This document shows positions 25,861 through 25,863 of a stretch of 25,863 nt of DNA, in pieces. Under the pieces are notes generated by a model, which saw only the letters and a program-made list of their open reading frames with translations, did no database searches and was not told the DNA's origin. The stretch lies in assembly GCA_945787265.1 (NCBI GenBank), contig CALZHS010000023.1, forward strand, positions 1-25,863. The letters are read 5' to 3'. Position numbers and translations under genes: made by a program. The first letter of the stretch is position 1. Each line of letters opens with the position of its first letter. Source of the DNA: an uncultured Gammaproteobacteria bacterium (GTDB lineage: Bacteria; Pseudomonadota; Gammaproteobacteria; GCA-001735895).

Positions 25861-25863
25861 TGA

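Overview
A ~57% GC bacterial chromosomal segment, most consistent with a marine gammaproteobacterium. This is inferred from gene content (acpH, the PA2779/PA2778 pair, dddP). No rRNA, tRNA, CRISPR array, transposase or phage gene was recognised. Left part: a truncated EamA/DMT transporter, two tandem PAS-GGDEF diguanylate cyclase paralogs, an FAD-linked D-lactate dehydrogenase, acpH, a class II aldolase/adducin protein followed by an unannotated Rieske ferredoxin remnant, a class III nucleotide cyclase-TolB-like-TPR protein with non-canonical catalytic residues, and a sulfotransferase-family gene. Middle: a minus-strand run of creatinase, acyl-CoA dehydrogenase, family III CoA-transferase, csaA, PA2779 and an internally deleted PA2778 peptidase, then a GNAT gene lacking an in-frame start and an orphan Cache-domain histidine kinase. 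Right part: soxBDAG (heterotetrameric sarcosine oxidase family), a small Cys-Cys protein co-oriented with a trans-sulfuration-family PLP enzyme, the DMSP lyase dddP, and a TGTC-type REP element at the window end. The main theme is catabolism of methylated N and S compounds (creatine, sarcosine, DMSP) next to several nucleotide second-messenger genes. The best leads are the E/T/V-type cyclase with its switch-like upstream RNA element, the dddP / PLP lyase / CC-protein locus, and the identity and regulation of the Sox complex. All family assignments come from recognised motifs and recalled family knowledge, not from searches.
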